From a virus: a stretch of DNA of 64,000 nucleotides. The notes beneath the pieces were generated by a model, which saw nothing but the letters and a program-made list of their open reading frames with translations, did no database searches and was not told the DNA's origin. Of this stretch, positions 8,813 through 17,567 are shown one piece after another. The translations under genes were made by a program, and so were the position numbers. The DNA lies in the IMG/VR virus record IMGVR_UViG_3300003583_000001, positions 9,943 to 73,942 of that record. One strand, written 5' to 3'. Numbering within the stretch: position 1 is the first letter of the stretch; the number at the start of each line of letters is the position of its first letter.

Positions 8813-10074
8813 TTAATATTCATATGTGTTAGCATATCGTTTGCTAGGTCACGAAACCAAACGCTATCGTGACCTCGTGTAGTCTCAGCGGCTGTCCCAA
8901 TACGAATACCACTTGTTTCTACAAAAGAGCGTGGATCGTTAGGCACACCATTCTTATTCACTGTGATGCCCTTTGCTTCAAGCATATCTGCTGCATCTCG
9001 ACCAGAACGATTCGTCCCACTGAGATTTAGCAAAACGATATGAGAGTCTGTACCACCAGTCTGTACGTTCATACCTCTGTTAGTGAATACATTACACATC
9101 ACTCTAGCGTTATGAATAACCTGCTGGCTGTATAGTTTAAAGTCATCAGTGTTAGCCTCAATGAACGCTTGTGCTTTTGCAGCAATCATATTCATCAGAG
9201 GTCCGCCCTGTGTGCCAGGAAATATAGCGCTATTTATTTGCTTCGTATAAGATGGGCGGTTCCATAGAATGATGCCGCCTCTGGGACCACGAAGCGTCTT
9301 ATGAGTTGTGCTTGATACTACGTCAGCAAAATCACATGGGTTTTCATAGGCACCACCTGCAATCAAGCCAGAGTAGTGAGCCATATCTACGAATAGATAA
9401 GCGCCAACACTGTCTGCAATCATCCGCATTGCTTCCCAGTCGATTTGTCGAGGATAAGCACTCGCACCAGCAACAATCATCTTTGGCCTGAACTGACCAG
9501 CCTTATCAGATACCTCTTGGTAATCGATGAAGCCATTCTCGTCCACACCATATGAATGTGCTTTGTATATTTTTCCTGAAGCAGTCATTGGCGCACCATG
9601 AGTTAGATGTCCGCCAGAAGCAAGGTCCATACCGAGGATCGTATCACCCGGTTTTAGGAATGCTTGATATACAGCCATGTTAGCATTAGCGCCAGAGTGC
9701 GGCTGTACGTTAGCATACTCACACCCATAGAGTTCTTTCAGTTGGTCAATCGCCAACTGCTCAATCGAATCCATATGCTCACAGCCGTTGTAATAACGCT
9801 TGCCTGGATAACCTTCCGCATACTTGTTTGTAAAGACGCTACCACAGAGTTGCATAACAGCATCACTAGCAAAGTTCTCACTAGCAATCAACTCAATCGT
9901 ATCATTTTGTCTAGTAACCTCACTTGATAAAATTTTATTGACCCTACTGTCAATTCCTGTACCGTGATACATTTCATCTCCATTATCTCTCATAAAGTCC
10001 CAATGCGACAATCGTTTTTCGTTCATTTTAATAGCATTCCAATAAACAGTTAGTAGATCATTATACTTTATCAT
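8803..10074 (-). CDS. glyA: serine hydroxymethyltransferase
   Basis: ELIASENF, NKYAEGYPGKRYY, SSTTHKTLRGPRGG (PLP lysine), GGTDSH, SGIRIGT. Start may be at a downstream Met. Confidence 0.97.
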   Translation of the reverse strand: MIKYNDLLTVYWNAIKMNEKRLSHWDFMRDNGDEMYHGTGIDSRVNKILSSEVTRQNDTIELIASENFASDAVMQLCGSVFTNKYAEGYPGKRYYNGCEHMDSIEQLAIDQLKELYGCEYANVQPHSGANANMAVYQAFLKPGDTILGMDLASGGHLTHGAPMTASGKIYKAHSYGVDENGFIDYQEVSDKAGQFRPKMIVAGASAYPRQIDWEAMRMIADSVGAYLFVDMAHYSGLIAGGAYENPCDFADVVSSTTHKTLRGPRGGIILWNRPSYTKQINSAIFPGTQGGPLMNMIAAKAQAFIEANTDDFKLYSQQVIHNARVMCNVFTNRGMNVQTGGTDSHIVLLNLSGTNRSGRDAADMLEAKGITVNKNGVPNDPRSFVETSGIRIGTAAETTRGHDSVWFRDLANDMLTHMNIKLL

Positions 10075-10246
10075 TATAACTATTCACAAATTTGTGGGCT
10101 AGTGATTCATTGTCATATTTATATTTTACAGCAAATTCTGTGTTGGAATTTTTATGATGAATCCAAATTTCATATCCATCATTATCAAGGTCATGAACTC
10201 TTGCAAATCCATCACGTTCATTCGAGGGCATTTTTGCAACCAACAT
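10061..10246 (-). CDS. hypothetical protein
   Basis: ORF track; SD GGAG. Confidence 0.6.
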   Translation of the reverse strand: MLVAKMPSNERDGFARVHDLDNDGYEIWIHHKNSNTEFAVKYKYDNESLAHKFVNSYNDKV

Positions 10247-10267
10247 AAAAACGACTCCAACAGAAAA

Positions 10268-10294
10268 ATAGAGGGGAGAACAACTCCCCTCTAT
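10268..10294 (-). terminator. intrinsic terminator
   Basis: Stem ATAGAGGGGAG/CTCCCCTCTAT followed by a T run on the - strand. Confidence 0.8.
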
Positions 10295-10302
10295 ATATCA
10301 CG

Positions 10303-10680
10303 TTAGAATTTAACTGAGGTTGTGAACCCCACAAAAGTATCTTGATATGCAGCGTCACCATCTGTCGTCATTTTAACATATGGCGTTACACCAACATTAA
10401 ACAATTCCAAATTGTATCCAGCTTCAAGTTCAACGCCGGTCAATTCAAACTCATCAACAAGTACTGTTGGCGTTACACCAACATAAATATTATTCCAATC
10501 GACGGTTGCGCTAGGCTCTGCTGTGATTGTGCCTGCATCGATTGCATATGCTACATCATTGCTGAGTGTAAGACCGAGACCATATGGCAATAGACCGCCT
10601 TCTGGTGCTGCTTCGCCATCTGCTAGTGCAGGCGAAGCAAGAAATGCTGTAACTGCTACAGCGGCTAGTAGCTTCTTCAT
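10303..10680 (-). CDS. small exported outer-membrane beta-barrel-like protein
   Basis: Sec signal MKKLLAAVAVTAFLASPALA, alternating beta-strand pattern, terminal Phe (GFTTSVKF). Confidence 0.7.
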   Translation of the reverse strand: MKKLLAAVAVTAFLASPALADGEAAPEGGLLPYGLGLTLSNDVAYAIDAGTITAEPSATVDWNNIYVGVTPTVLVDEFELTGVELEAGYNLELFNVGVTPYVKMTTDGDAAYQDTFVGFTTSVKF

Positions 10681-10704
10681 TTATTTGACTCCTTTAAAGT
10701 TAAA

Positions 10705-10965
10705 AATGACAGGAAGGTCCGAAGACCCCTTCTGTTTCCAAGCGTCCTGTCCCGCTCATAAGAATTATGCTGCTAGAGCATATTCCTGAGAAACGAAATT
10801 ATCGTTTGCATTTAGTTTGTTTTAGTCATATCGTGACCAATCGGTAACTCCAGTCCTCTATTATCTGCATGTCGAAACCTGTTTCGCCCCCATAAGGTTT
10901 ATGGTGGAGGCGTCCGGTACTGCCCCGGAGTCCATTACAGTTTTCAATTTCCTTCATCGTTACTT
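10705..10965 (-). ncRNA. ssrA: circularly permuted (two-piece) tmRNA; tag (A)ANDNFVSQEYALAA
   Basis: Acceptor piece ...CCGGGGCAGTACCGGACGCCTCCACCA ends at 10902; 10-nt spacer; 5' end GGGGGCGAAACAGGTTTCGAC at 10891; 7-bp acceptor stem with G3-U70; tag frame 10809-10765. Outer limits approximate. Confidence 0.95.
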
Positions 10966-11001
10966 CTGTATATATCTAATCCCAAAAGACTAGATATATA
11001 A

Positions 11002-11700
11002 CTATTTCTCTAGCATCTTTCTCTTGAATGCTAACCAACCAATGAATCGTTTTTCAAACCACCACTCAAGGTCTTTATATTTCTTGAACTGCTGGTCAAA
11101 TCCAGTAGGATCAAACGATGGCTTGGGATTGCGAACGTTTGTGCCAGGAATAATTTTGTTCGTGGAATACTTAGCATATTGCTTTTTACCCATAATCTTC
11201 TGCACGAACTCAGGCATATCCAATAGATAGTAGTATTCAGCATCCATTATGATTTCATTTTCTATCTTTTTGTTAGGCCAGTCGTGCTTGTATAGAGGTT
11301 TCAATTCATCAGGTCGAATGTCACGATTACTACCCAAATCTATCACATTAGGGCTCCAGTGAATAGTGAAGTTCTCTGGAGGAATTACCATGTGAAGTTC
11401 ACCAAAGATTGAGCTACCTCTTGGTATATGTGTGCAAAAGATAGGGTTTTTAATATCCATAGACAACAGCAGCTTTTGCTGATCAGCCATATCAGCACCA
11501 CCACGGGCAATCCCATCTGCTCTGGTAGAAGTAACCTTGTCTAGCAATCCTTTATATTTCTTATTGAATGACCGATAGAGAATAAACTCGTTCCTGACAG
11601 GTTTTAGCAATCTGATTGCCTTTTTGACCCTATTTTCCATATGGTCGATCTGTCTTGCACTGATAACATCTTCATTTAGGTATGACTTAAATGTTAGCAT
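11002..11700 (-). CDS. hypothetical protein with capsid-targeting-like N-terminus (MLTFKSYLNE)
   Basis: Start moved to ATG 11700, next to the alt stop; leader resembles T4 internal-protein leaders. Confidence 0.7.
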   Translation of the reverse strand: MLTFKSYLNEDVISARQIDHMENRVKKAIRLLKPVRNEFILYRSFNKKYKGLLDKVTSTRADGIARGGADMADQQKLLLSMDIKNPIFCTHIPRGSSIFGELHMVIPPENFTIHWSPNVIDLGSNRDIRPDELKPLYKHDWPNKKIENEIIMDAEYYYLLDMPEFVQKIMGKKQYAKYSTNKIIPGTNVRNPKPSFDPTGFDQQFKKYKDLEWWFEKRFIGWLAFKRKMLEK

Positions 11701-11701
11701 A

Positions 11702-13846
11702 TCAGTCTTCTTTTGATGGGTCAACTGGCACATCAACTTCGATATCACCGTCCTTGATAGCTTTAGTTACTAGGGCAGCAAGGTTCCAATCGTATGTACC
11801 ACCAAACTTTCCTTCAGGGTCGTAACCATCTTCTTTTTTCTCTTCGCTCATGCTAATCATCCTTTGAAGTGATAATAGTATTCTACGACTTTCTACTGCT
11901 TCTGTCAACCCTTTTTTCAATTTTTCTACAATACTTTTGTAAGCAAATCCCATGTAGACGCCTTGAAAGAATATTCTACTTGAACCATCAACTGTTCGTT
12001 CTTCTGCTTCTACAACTTTGATGATAGAAGTGGGTGGTAAAATAATTTCTTGCTCAGGTTCGTGTTGACTATGTTCTAAGATGGGTATAACCTTAGACCC
12101 TTTCGGTAAAAAGATTCTCATTCTATCTTTACCGCCGATAGTCACATCTGTTCTTAAAGATGCGCTTGTGAAAGCTGGGTCAACGTATTCATAGCCAGGA
12201 ACAATCGCTTCTCTCATTTCATATGGCACCAGAGTAGAACGATACACATACATGCTCTCTGGTAGAGGCTTTAGCGTTTCAAAAATTTTTGCCATTTTAG
12301 CAATCTTTTTCGTGCCGCTTGTCAATTCGTCAATTTCAGCCTTAGTAAGAGGTTCTTTTCTAAACAACTTACTCACAATTTTTCTAAGAGGATCGTTGAA
12401 AGAAGTATAACCCGAACCACTATAATGTACAACATTTTTATATACTGATTTGGGCAAATTCTCTATCTCATTATAATAATTGAGTCCGTCTTGACTTTGT
12501 AAGTGCTGGCGAATTGTACCAATATCATATTCCGAACTCTCTACAAAGAAAGTCCCTTTAATCTTTACTTCACTCGTACCAGTTCCAGGCATTGTTGATT
12601 TGAACTCTGTCATATCAATATCTAACTTAGGCTTCTTTTTTACCTTACTGGGCTTTGATACGGCAGTTTTTATAGAATCAAAAGCAGCTTCTTTCTTAGC
12701 ATTTCGATAAGCAATAATTGCCATCATATGTTTTTCGTCGCTGGCATCAACAGGCATAGCCATATACTTCAGAATCTCAATCCAAATTTGTCCAGTTGCG
12801 CCCTTGATATTACCCAAGTTTGCGTCAGGAAGACTACCGCCAGCAGCCATCGTATCTACGAGTTGTTTATTAAACGTACTCATTTGATTATACACATATT
12901 GTAAATTATCAAAATCTACTTTCTTTACATCAAATCCATTTACTCGTAATGCGTTTGCCATTTTAGCAAACTCTGGAATTGTTCTAAGAGCATTAGCAAG
13001 AGCGCCAACTGATGACATATCCTCTGGATCGAAAACTCCTGAAGAATCAATCTTTTTCTCTACTTCCACTTGCTTTTCAATATGCTTCGCTACTTCACCT
13101 GACATTTTAGTGGCCGCTAACTTATCAAGGAGTTCTGTATCAGAAGGCACATCTAAATCGTATTGACCAAAAGTGTATTTCTTTGATGGTGCTATTGTAT
13201 GTGTTTGCTGGACTGGCTTTTTTGGCTTCATAGAGTCTAGAGACTTGAGAAGAGCGTCTGAATTGTCATTTTTAGAAGGATCGAAACCAAACTCTTTGAA
13301 TTCTTTTGCTTTGAAAATTGCTTCAGGAGATAGTGCTTTTTTTCCTATAAAGACATAGCCATGATTGTATTTTTTAGTAAACTGTTTTTCGCCAACCTGA
13401 GTTACTTGAAACACCGTGAAGATATTCATCGAAGATTTTTTGAGCGCTTTAATGGCAATGCGTTCAGCTACTTTTCTTTTTCCTATCTGACCATGTAGAC
13501 GAATTGCTATACCAGTAAGTTTCGGACCAACTGTAGTTATTGCTTTTTTTGCAAAATCAAGCGTTGTCGCAATTACAGGCAAAATATCTGATGGATTATG
13601 AAACTTCCACCATCCAGCTTTGCCTCCAACCTTTTTAACTTTACCCACATCTAGAGTGTATATACCTTCGCCATTTTGCTCAACAAGACGTATGATATAT
13701 GTGCCGCCATTAATTGTAGTAGCACCATACATTTTGCTTGGTAAGACTGTATCATCAGTCATATAATATTCTTTGGGATTGTTCAACGCTTCTGCGAGAA
13801 GAATGTCCTCATTCAGATTGTTAAAAATATCGAATTTTTTCAGCAC
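11702..13846 (-). CDS. alt: Alt-like NAD:protein ADP-ribosyltransferase
   Basis: C-terminal ART motifs Y..SGY...N..LR, VYRS, FTSAS, EQEIILP (R-S-ExE class); 714 aa; late promoter upstream. Confidence 0.85.
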   Translation of the reverse strand: MLKKFDIFNNLNEDILLAEALNNPKEYYMTDDTVLPSKMYGATTINGGTYIIRLVEQNGEGIYTLDVGKVKKVGGKAGWWKFHNPSDILPVIATTLDFAKKAITTVGPKLTGIAIRLHGQIGKRKVAERIAIKALKKSSMNIFTVFQVTQVGEKQFTKKYNHGYVFIGKKALSPEAIFKAKEFKEFGFDPSKNDNSDALLKSLDSMKPKKPVQQTHTIAPSKKYTFGQYDLDVPSDTELLDKLAATKMSGEVAKHIEKQVEVEKKIDSSGVFDPEDMSSVGALANALRTIPEFAKMANALRVNGFDVKKVDFDNLQYVYNQMSTFNKQLVDTMAAGGSLPDANLGNIKGATGQIWIEILKYMAMPVDASDEKHMMAIIAYRNAKKEAAFDSIKTAVSKPSKVKKKPKLDIDMTEFKSTMPGTGTSEVKIKGTFFVESSEYDIGTIRQHLQSQDGLNYYNEIENLPKSVYKNVVHYSGSGYTSFNDPLRKIVSKLFRKEPLTKAEIDELTSGTKKIAKMAKIFETLKPLPESMYVYRSTLVPYEMREAIVPGYEYVDPAFTSASLRTDVTIGGKDRMRIFLPKGSKVIPILEHSQHEPEQEIILPPTSIIKVVEAEERTVDGSSRIFFQGVYMGFAYKSIVEKLKKGLTEAVESRRILLSLQRMISMSEEKKEDGYDPEGKFGGTYDWNLAALVTKAIKDGDIEVDVPVDPSKED

Positions 13847-13875
13847 GGTAAACTCCCAGTGTGTACGTTTACTCG

Positions 13876-13883
13876 TATTTATA
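13876..13883 (-). promoter_or_regulatory. T4 late promoter upstream of alt
   Basis: TATAAATA on the - strand. Confidence 0.75.
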
Positions 13884-14294
13884 TTAGATGTGAACTACGA
13901 GAACCTTGGGCGTTTTGTTGAGTTGAAAAGCAACATCGAGGCGAGTGTTGCCACCAAGGACACGCATCTTACCACTCTCTCTGAACATCAGAACGATGGG
14001 CATCGTCATTGGCATATCGTTACCAATGCGCTCATAGAGATTAGCAATCGTCTGCTCATTACGAAACTCAGGATATGAGCGATACGAGCGAATGAGATTG
14101 AGCAACTGCTCCTTAGAGCGAGTGTGTGACCTATACCCAATGTAAGCGTCTGTGACGCCATCAAGTTCAAGCACATCGCCTTCTGAAGCCGCCTGAAGAA
14201 AGGCTGCCTCGCTATCAAAGAAGTTATTACCCTTCAGTTCGATTTCAACGAAGTACTCTTGCTTGAGGTCTGCTTCAGAAGGTTTGATCCACAT
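13884..14294 (-). CDS. ParB/Srx-like domain protein
   Basis: PIVL....MRVLGGNTRL resembles the ParB N-terminal GxxR motif; start taken at MWIKPS. Confidence 0.55.
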   Translation of the reverse strand: MWIKPSEADLKQEYFVEIELKGNNFFDSEAAFLQAASEGDVLELDGVTDAYIGYRSHTRSKEQLLNLIRSYRSYPEFRNEQTIANLYERIGNDMPMTMPIVLMFRESGKMRVLGGNTRLDVAFQLNKTPKVLVVHI

Positions 14295-14295
14295 A

Positions 14296-14511
14296 TCAGT
14301 CTTCCCATTTAATAGTGAAAGGAACGATTGCTTCAGCATTACGCTTGGCTTCATCGAAATTATCGAATTTACCAATCATCCTTGGTCCAACCCAAAGCTC
14401 GAATTTGTCGAGTGTGGTCAAAACAATCTCCACTTCTCTACTGGCATTCGTAGCAACCCAACCACTCTTGAGTGTAGGTGCTGTAACGTGAAGCGTTTCG
14501 AAGTTCATCAT
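14296..14511 (-). CDS. hypothetical early protein
   Basis: ORF track; SD GAGG, downstream of an early promoter. Confidence 0.7.
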   Translation of the reverse strand: MMNFETLHVTAPTLKSGWVATNASREVEIVLTTLDKFELWVGPRMIGKFDNFDEAKRNAEAIVPFTIKWED

Positions 14512-14545
14512 GGTCTCGTTCCTCTTTCTTTCTGTCTATATACTT

Positions 14546-14574
14546 AATATAAGCATTCTAGAGGCAAATGTCAA
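14546..14574 (-). promoter_or_regulatory. sigma70-type early promoter, repeated family
   Basis: TTGACATTTGCCTCTAGAATGCTTATATT. Confidence 0.85.
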
Positions 14575-14603
14575 GAGTTTTTTTGATGTTTTTAAAACTT
14601 TTT

Positions 14604-14933
14604 TTATCGACCCCAGTACAGATTTTTCTGCACCTTGTACATGATTGACCAGATTGCAAGATAGGCATCATGTCGCCAGCTTTGCTTCACGCTATTTTTG
14701 AAGTTATCATAGTCGATATTCATAATCTTCGAATTCATCACGCCACAGAAAAACTGCTTGGTCATGAACAGACGAAACCTGTAATCGCTATCGGTGCTTT
14801 CGATGATCTGTTTTGCTAATCCTGGGAAAGCATTTTCCAAATCTTCTCGTACTCTTGCTCTCACAACCAAGTTCATTTTATTAGTGCGGTCCTGTACTGC
14901 ACTAATGTAACTGTCATTCATCACAATCCACAT
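14604..14933 (-). CDS. hypothetical protein
   Basis: MWI....YISAV.....LVVRAR...DYRFR...IDYDNFKNSV, a motif set recalled from phage hypothetical proteins. Confidence 0.7.
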   Translation of the reverse strand: MWIVMNDSYISAVQDRTNKMNLVVRARVREDLENAFPGLAKQIIESTDSDYRFRLFMTKQFFCGVMNSKIMNIDYDNFKNSVKQSWRHDAYLAIWSIMYKVQKNLYWGR

Positions 14934-14935
14934 AC

Positions 14936-15118
14936 TTACTTTTCCTTTTTAAATCCTACACCGTTGTCCATTTTTTCATGATACATACCATGCTTGACAA
15001 ACTCTTCCCAAACAGTCTTTTGAGAATAACCAGCTTCTACCTTGTATATCTTACGCCCGTCTCCATCATATTCCCATTCACGTTCTTCCGGGTCAAGTTC
15101 GATACGTTTCTTTTCCAT
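14936..15118 (-). CDS. hypothetical protein
   Basis: ORF track; SD GGAG. Confidence 0.6.
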   Translation of the reverse strand: MEKKRIELDPEEREWEYDGDGRKIYKVEAGYSQKTVWEEFVKHGMYHEKMDNGVGFKKEK

Positions 15119-15129
15119 GATGGAGACTC

Positions 15130-15348
15130 CTACTGAATTTCTTCTATTATGTAGTCTTCCATTACATCGTTATAAAACGACTTGACAATTTTTTCTATAT
15201 CATCGCCTTCATACTCAATCTCATACATCTTACCAATACGAACATCTTTCACTTCTGAAAATTCAAGAACCCTCAAAGCATCAGCCACTGCCGTTCCGGG
15301 ATTATCTTTGATCCCGGAACGAAGCATGGTAATAACACGATATTTCAT
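15130..15348 (-). CDS. purS: FGAM synthase subunit PurS (copy 1, divergent)
   Basis: DNPGTAVADAL...VKDVRIGKMYEI...NDVMEDY matches the PurS D(P)xG / VRxGK / N(P)VxE pattern with substitutions. Confidence 0.8.
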   Translation of the reverse strand: MKYRVITMLRSGIKDNPGTAVADALRVLEFSEVKDVRIGKMYEIEYEGDDIEKIVKSFYNDVMEDYIIEEIQ

Positions 15349-16010
15349 TAGTCTTGAACAAAATCCTCAATCATTGGAAAGACCTTATCAATCTCTCTAG
15401 CACACATCTTTGCTAACTCACGATGCTCCTTCTGAGTCGAAGGGTCCGTCCTCAATTCAATATAGTGAATCCAGCTACGAAGTGTGCCATTAACATACAA
15501 GCGTGACCACGTTAAACCCTCTGGTAGAATTGCTCGAACTTGCTCTTTAGCTATTCCCTTTTTTAAGGCTTGATCATATGTATCAAACGCTAACTTTGTG
15601 ATATCGTCTTGTTTATCCTTCCACCACTGGTCAAGTTCTTCATCATCACTCTCTAGTGAGTTCTGACGATTTTTCAAATCCTGCAAACGAGTTTCTCTAT
15701 AGTCTCCCACTGTTTCAGTGGCAGCATAACGCTGGCTAAATTCTTGAAACGAAAAGGAACGATGCCGAATCAGCTGCCTCCCGATATCACGAGTCGTATC
15801 AACCTGTAGGCAGATATTCACCATCTCGAAGGGCGACCAATGCTTATGACGCATTAGATACTTAATAAGCCCATCGCTCTTCAACGCTGAGATTTGACTA
15901 GTAGGATTACTGACCCTGGCGTAATAGGCTACTTGGTCCATCAGAGTTTCATTAGGACTAGCGCTCATACGCTGCGACCATCCTTCAAGTTTAGCGTTCT
16001 GACTAGGCAT
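15348..16010 (-). CDS. thyX: FAD-dependent thymidylate synthase
   Basis: HWSPFE, QLIRHRSFSFQEFSQRY, ELR...TQKEHR. Confidence 0.95.
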   Translation of the reverse strand: MPSQNAKLEGWSQRMSASPNETLMDQVAYYARVSNPTSQISALKSDGLIKYLMRHKHWSPFEMVNICLQVDTTRDIGRQLIRHRSFSFQEFSQRYAATETVGDYRETRLQDLKNRQNSLESDDEELDQWWKDKQDDITKLAFDTYDQALKKGIAKEQVRAILPEGLTWSRLYVNGTLRSWIHYIELRTDPSTQKEHRELAKMCAREIDKVFPMIEDFVQD

Positions 16011-16143
16011 TTATATCATATTCTCCTTACAAAAACATTTCTGGGCGTAGACCACTAAAGCCTAGCGCTAACCCAATGAGCGCTCCGATAGCGAACGCTT
16101 TTACAAAATCACTCATATCACTCATTATATATTCTCCTTGATT

Positions 16144-16220
16144 TGGCGGTCCCTATAGGATTCGAACCTATGACCCACAGCTTAGAAGGCTGTTGCTCTA
16201 TCCAACTGAGCTAAGGAACC
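16144..16220 (-). tRNA. tRNA-Arg(UCU)
   Basis: GGTTCCTTAGCTCAGTTGGATAGAGCAACAGCCTTCTAAGCTGTGGGTCATAGGTTCGAATCCTATAGGGACCGCCA. Confidence 0.95.
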
Positions 16221-16228
16221 ATTATTTC

Positions 16229-16456
16229 TCAGTCTAACTTCGATGCCCAATATCTGCGAGTAATGGGTTCTATGACGCCATCAGCAATAAGTTCATACTT
16301 ATTAAAACCAAAGGCTTCTTCGCCGAAGTCAATAATATCTTCCATCACCGAACGTTCGAAATCCGTCATACAAGATAAACGGTCATCCATCGCTTTAGCA
16401 TTCGCTTTGAGAATAGACTTCCATTCAAGAATTTCACCAAGCGTTTTAGTCATCAT
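16229..16456 (-). CDS. hypothetical protein
   Basis: ORF track; SD AGGAG. Confidence 0.65.
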   Translation of the reverse strand: MMTKTLGEILEWKSILKANAKAMDDRLSCMTDFERSVMEDIIDFGEEAFGFNKYELIADGVIEPITRRYWASKLD

Positions 16457-16464
16457 ATATCTCC

Positions 16465-16839
16465 TTAGTGTACCGCTTGAATATCAAGACCGAGTTTTTG
16501 ACCAGCATACTGACCAAACAGTTTGAACACATCACCGTGATTCACGGTCATGCATTCTTGAATTTGATAGGCGTGGATCATCTCATGAGCAAGAATGGTA
16601 CGAAACGATTCGTATGAGTCAAACTCATCAGTCAGACCAAGAATGGTACCTCGACCATCTTCTTCGTCTACACAATATCCCCACTCAGCGTCGAGGAAAT
16701 CGATGTCGAGTTCGATGGCATCAATGTCAAGAAGACCCTCAAACATCTCTTCGTTGAGAAGGTTCATCTCTTTCAGAGCGATTTCTTCAGTGACTTTGAA
16801 CAGACCCCAGTCTGCTGCGGTGATGGTAAGTTCTTTCAT
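16465..16839 (-). CDS. SprT-like zinc metalloprotease domain protein (early)
   Basis: ILAHEMIHAYQ...HGDVF (HExxH...H). The ORF-track N-terminal extension is promoter sequence. Confidence 0.75.
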   Translation of the reverse strand: MKELTITAADWGLFKVTEEIALKEMNLLNEEMFEGLLDIDAIELDIDFLDAEWGYCVDEEDGRGTILGLTDEFDSYESFRTILAHEMIHAYQIQECMTVNHGDVFKLFGQYAGQKLGLDIQAVH

Positions 16840-16869
16840 TTCTCTCTCTTTCGCTTTGTTCATATACTT

Positions 16870-16898
16870 AATATAAGCATTTCGAAGGCAAATGTCAA
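16870..16898 (-). promoter_or_regulatory. sigma70-type early promoter, repeated family
   Basis: TTGACATTTGCCTTCGAAATGCTTATATT. Confidence 0.85.
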
Positions 16899-16927
16899 GC
16901 ATTTTTTTCGCTTTTTGAAAAAAATGC

Positions 16928-17002
16928 TGGCTCCGTGGGTAGGATTCGAACCTACGACCGGTCGGTTAACAGCCGACTGCTCTACCACTGAGCTACCACG
17001 GA
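16928..17002 (-). tRNA. tRNA-Asn(GUU)
   Basis: TCCGTGGTAGCTCAGTGGTAGAGCAGTCGGCTGTTAACCGACCGGTCGTAGGTTCGAATCCTACCCACGGAGCCA. Confidence 0.95.
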
Positions 17003-17014
17003 TTAACTTGTCTC

Positions 17015-17257
17015 CTATTTCATCGCACGAACGAAGCGACCAACGTCACTGTCTTTGAACTGACCGCTCTTAGACCAAGTGCGGAACGCAGAGCATTCAG
17101 TGAACTTGGCAGCGCACGAATCAGCAAACTTGCAGGTATCGCAGGGAATGTCTGCATCGTTCAGCATCGCTTGGGGCGTCACTTCAATCGAACCAGCAGT
17201 GCTGGCATCGTAGTTGAAGTAGCTGTCATAACCAATCATATCCATCTTGCTTCTCAC
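17015..17257 (-). CDS. small Cys-rich (CxxC...C...C) early protein
   Basis: PCDTCKFADSCAAKFTEC. Confidence 0.65.
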   Translation of the reverse strand: MRSKMDMIGYDSYFNYDASTAGSIEVTPQAMLNDADIPCDTCKFADSCAAKFTECSAFRTWSKSGQFKDSDVGRFVRAMK

Positions 17258-17266
17258 TTTCGATCT

Positions 17267-17327
17267 AAGAGAGAACCCTTTCTCTCTTCCATATACTTAA
17301 TATAAGCATTCTGAAGCCAAATGTCAA
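17267..17327 (-). promoter_or_regulatory. early promoter (repeated family) followed by a stem-loop
   Basis: TTGACATTTGGCTTCAGAATGCTTATATT, then hairpin AAGAGAGA-AAGGGT-TCTCTCTT. Confidence 0.85.
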
Positions 17328-17390
17328 GGGTTATTTTCAAAAAAATGCATTTTTTTTCAAAAAATATGCTGAATCCACAGCGAAGATTTT

Positions 17391-17567
17391 CTAATCAGTA
17401 TTGGCTAAGCACTTCTGAACCAAAGTCTTGGCACTGATTATCGCATCAGCGCCAAATCTCAATTTGATTATATTATAATACACGACCTCATCAAAGTCAA
17501 TCATTTTATCCTCACAATGTTTAATATATCTCATTGTGTATTGTTCTAGTGTAATATTTTCTGGCAT
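17391..17567 (-). CDS. hypothetical protein
   Basis: MPENITLEQY... coupled to the purM stop (TAATG). Confidence 0.6.
   Translation of the reverse strand: MPENITLEQYTMRYIKHCEDKMIDFDEVVYYNIIKLRFGADAIISAKTLVQKCLANTD

Noticed and set aside
10523-10789. ORF-track entry overlapping the tmRNA region on the + strand
   Set aside because: It is antisense to the OMP-like gene and the tmRNA tag region, with no independent support.
16840-16902. Recurring peptide LDICxxxAYI at the start of ORF-track entries 16465-16902, 30257-30664 and 28315-28620
   Set aside because: It is the translation of the repeated promoter DNA (TTGACATTTG...GCTTATATT), not a protein motif; the real starts lie downstream with their own SDs.
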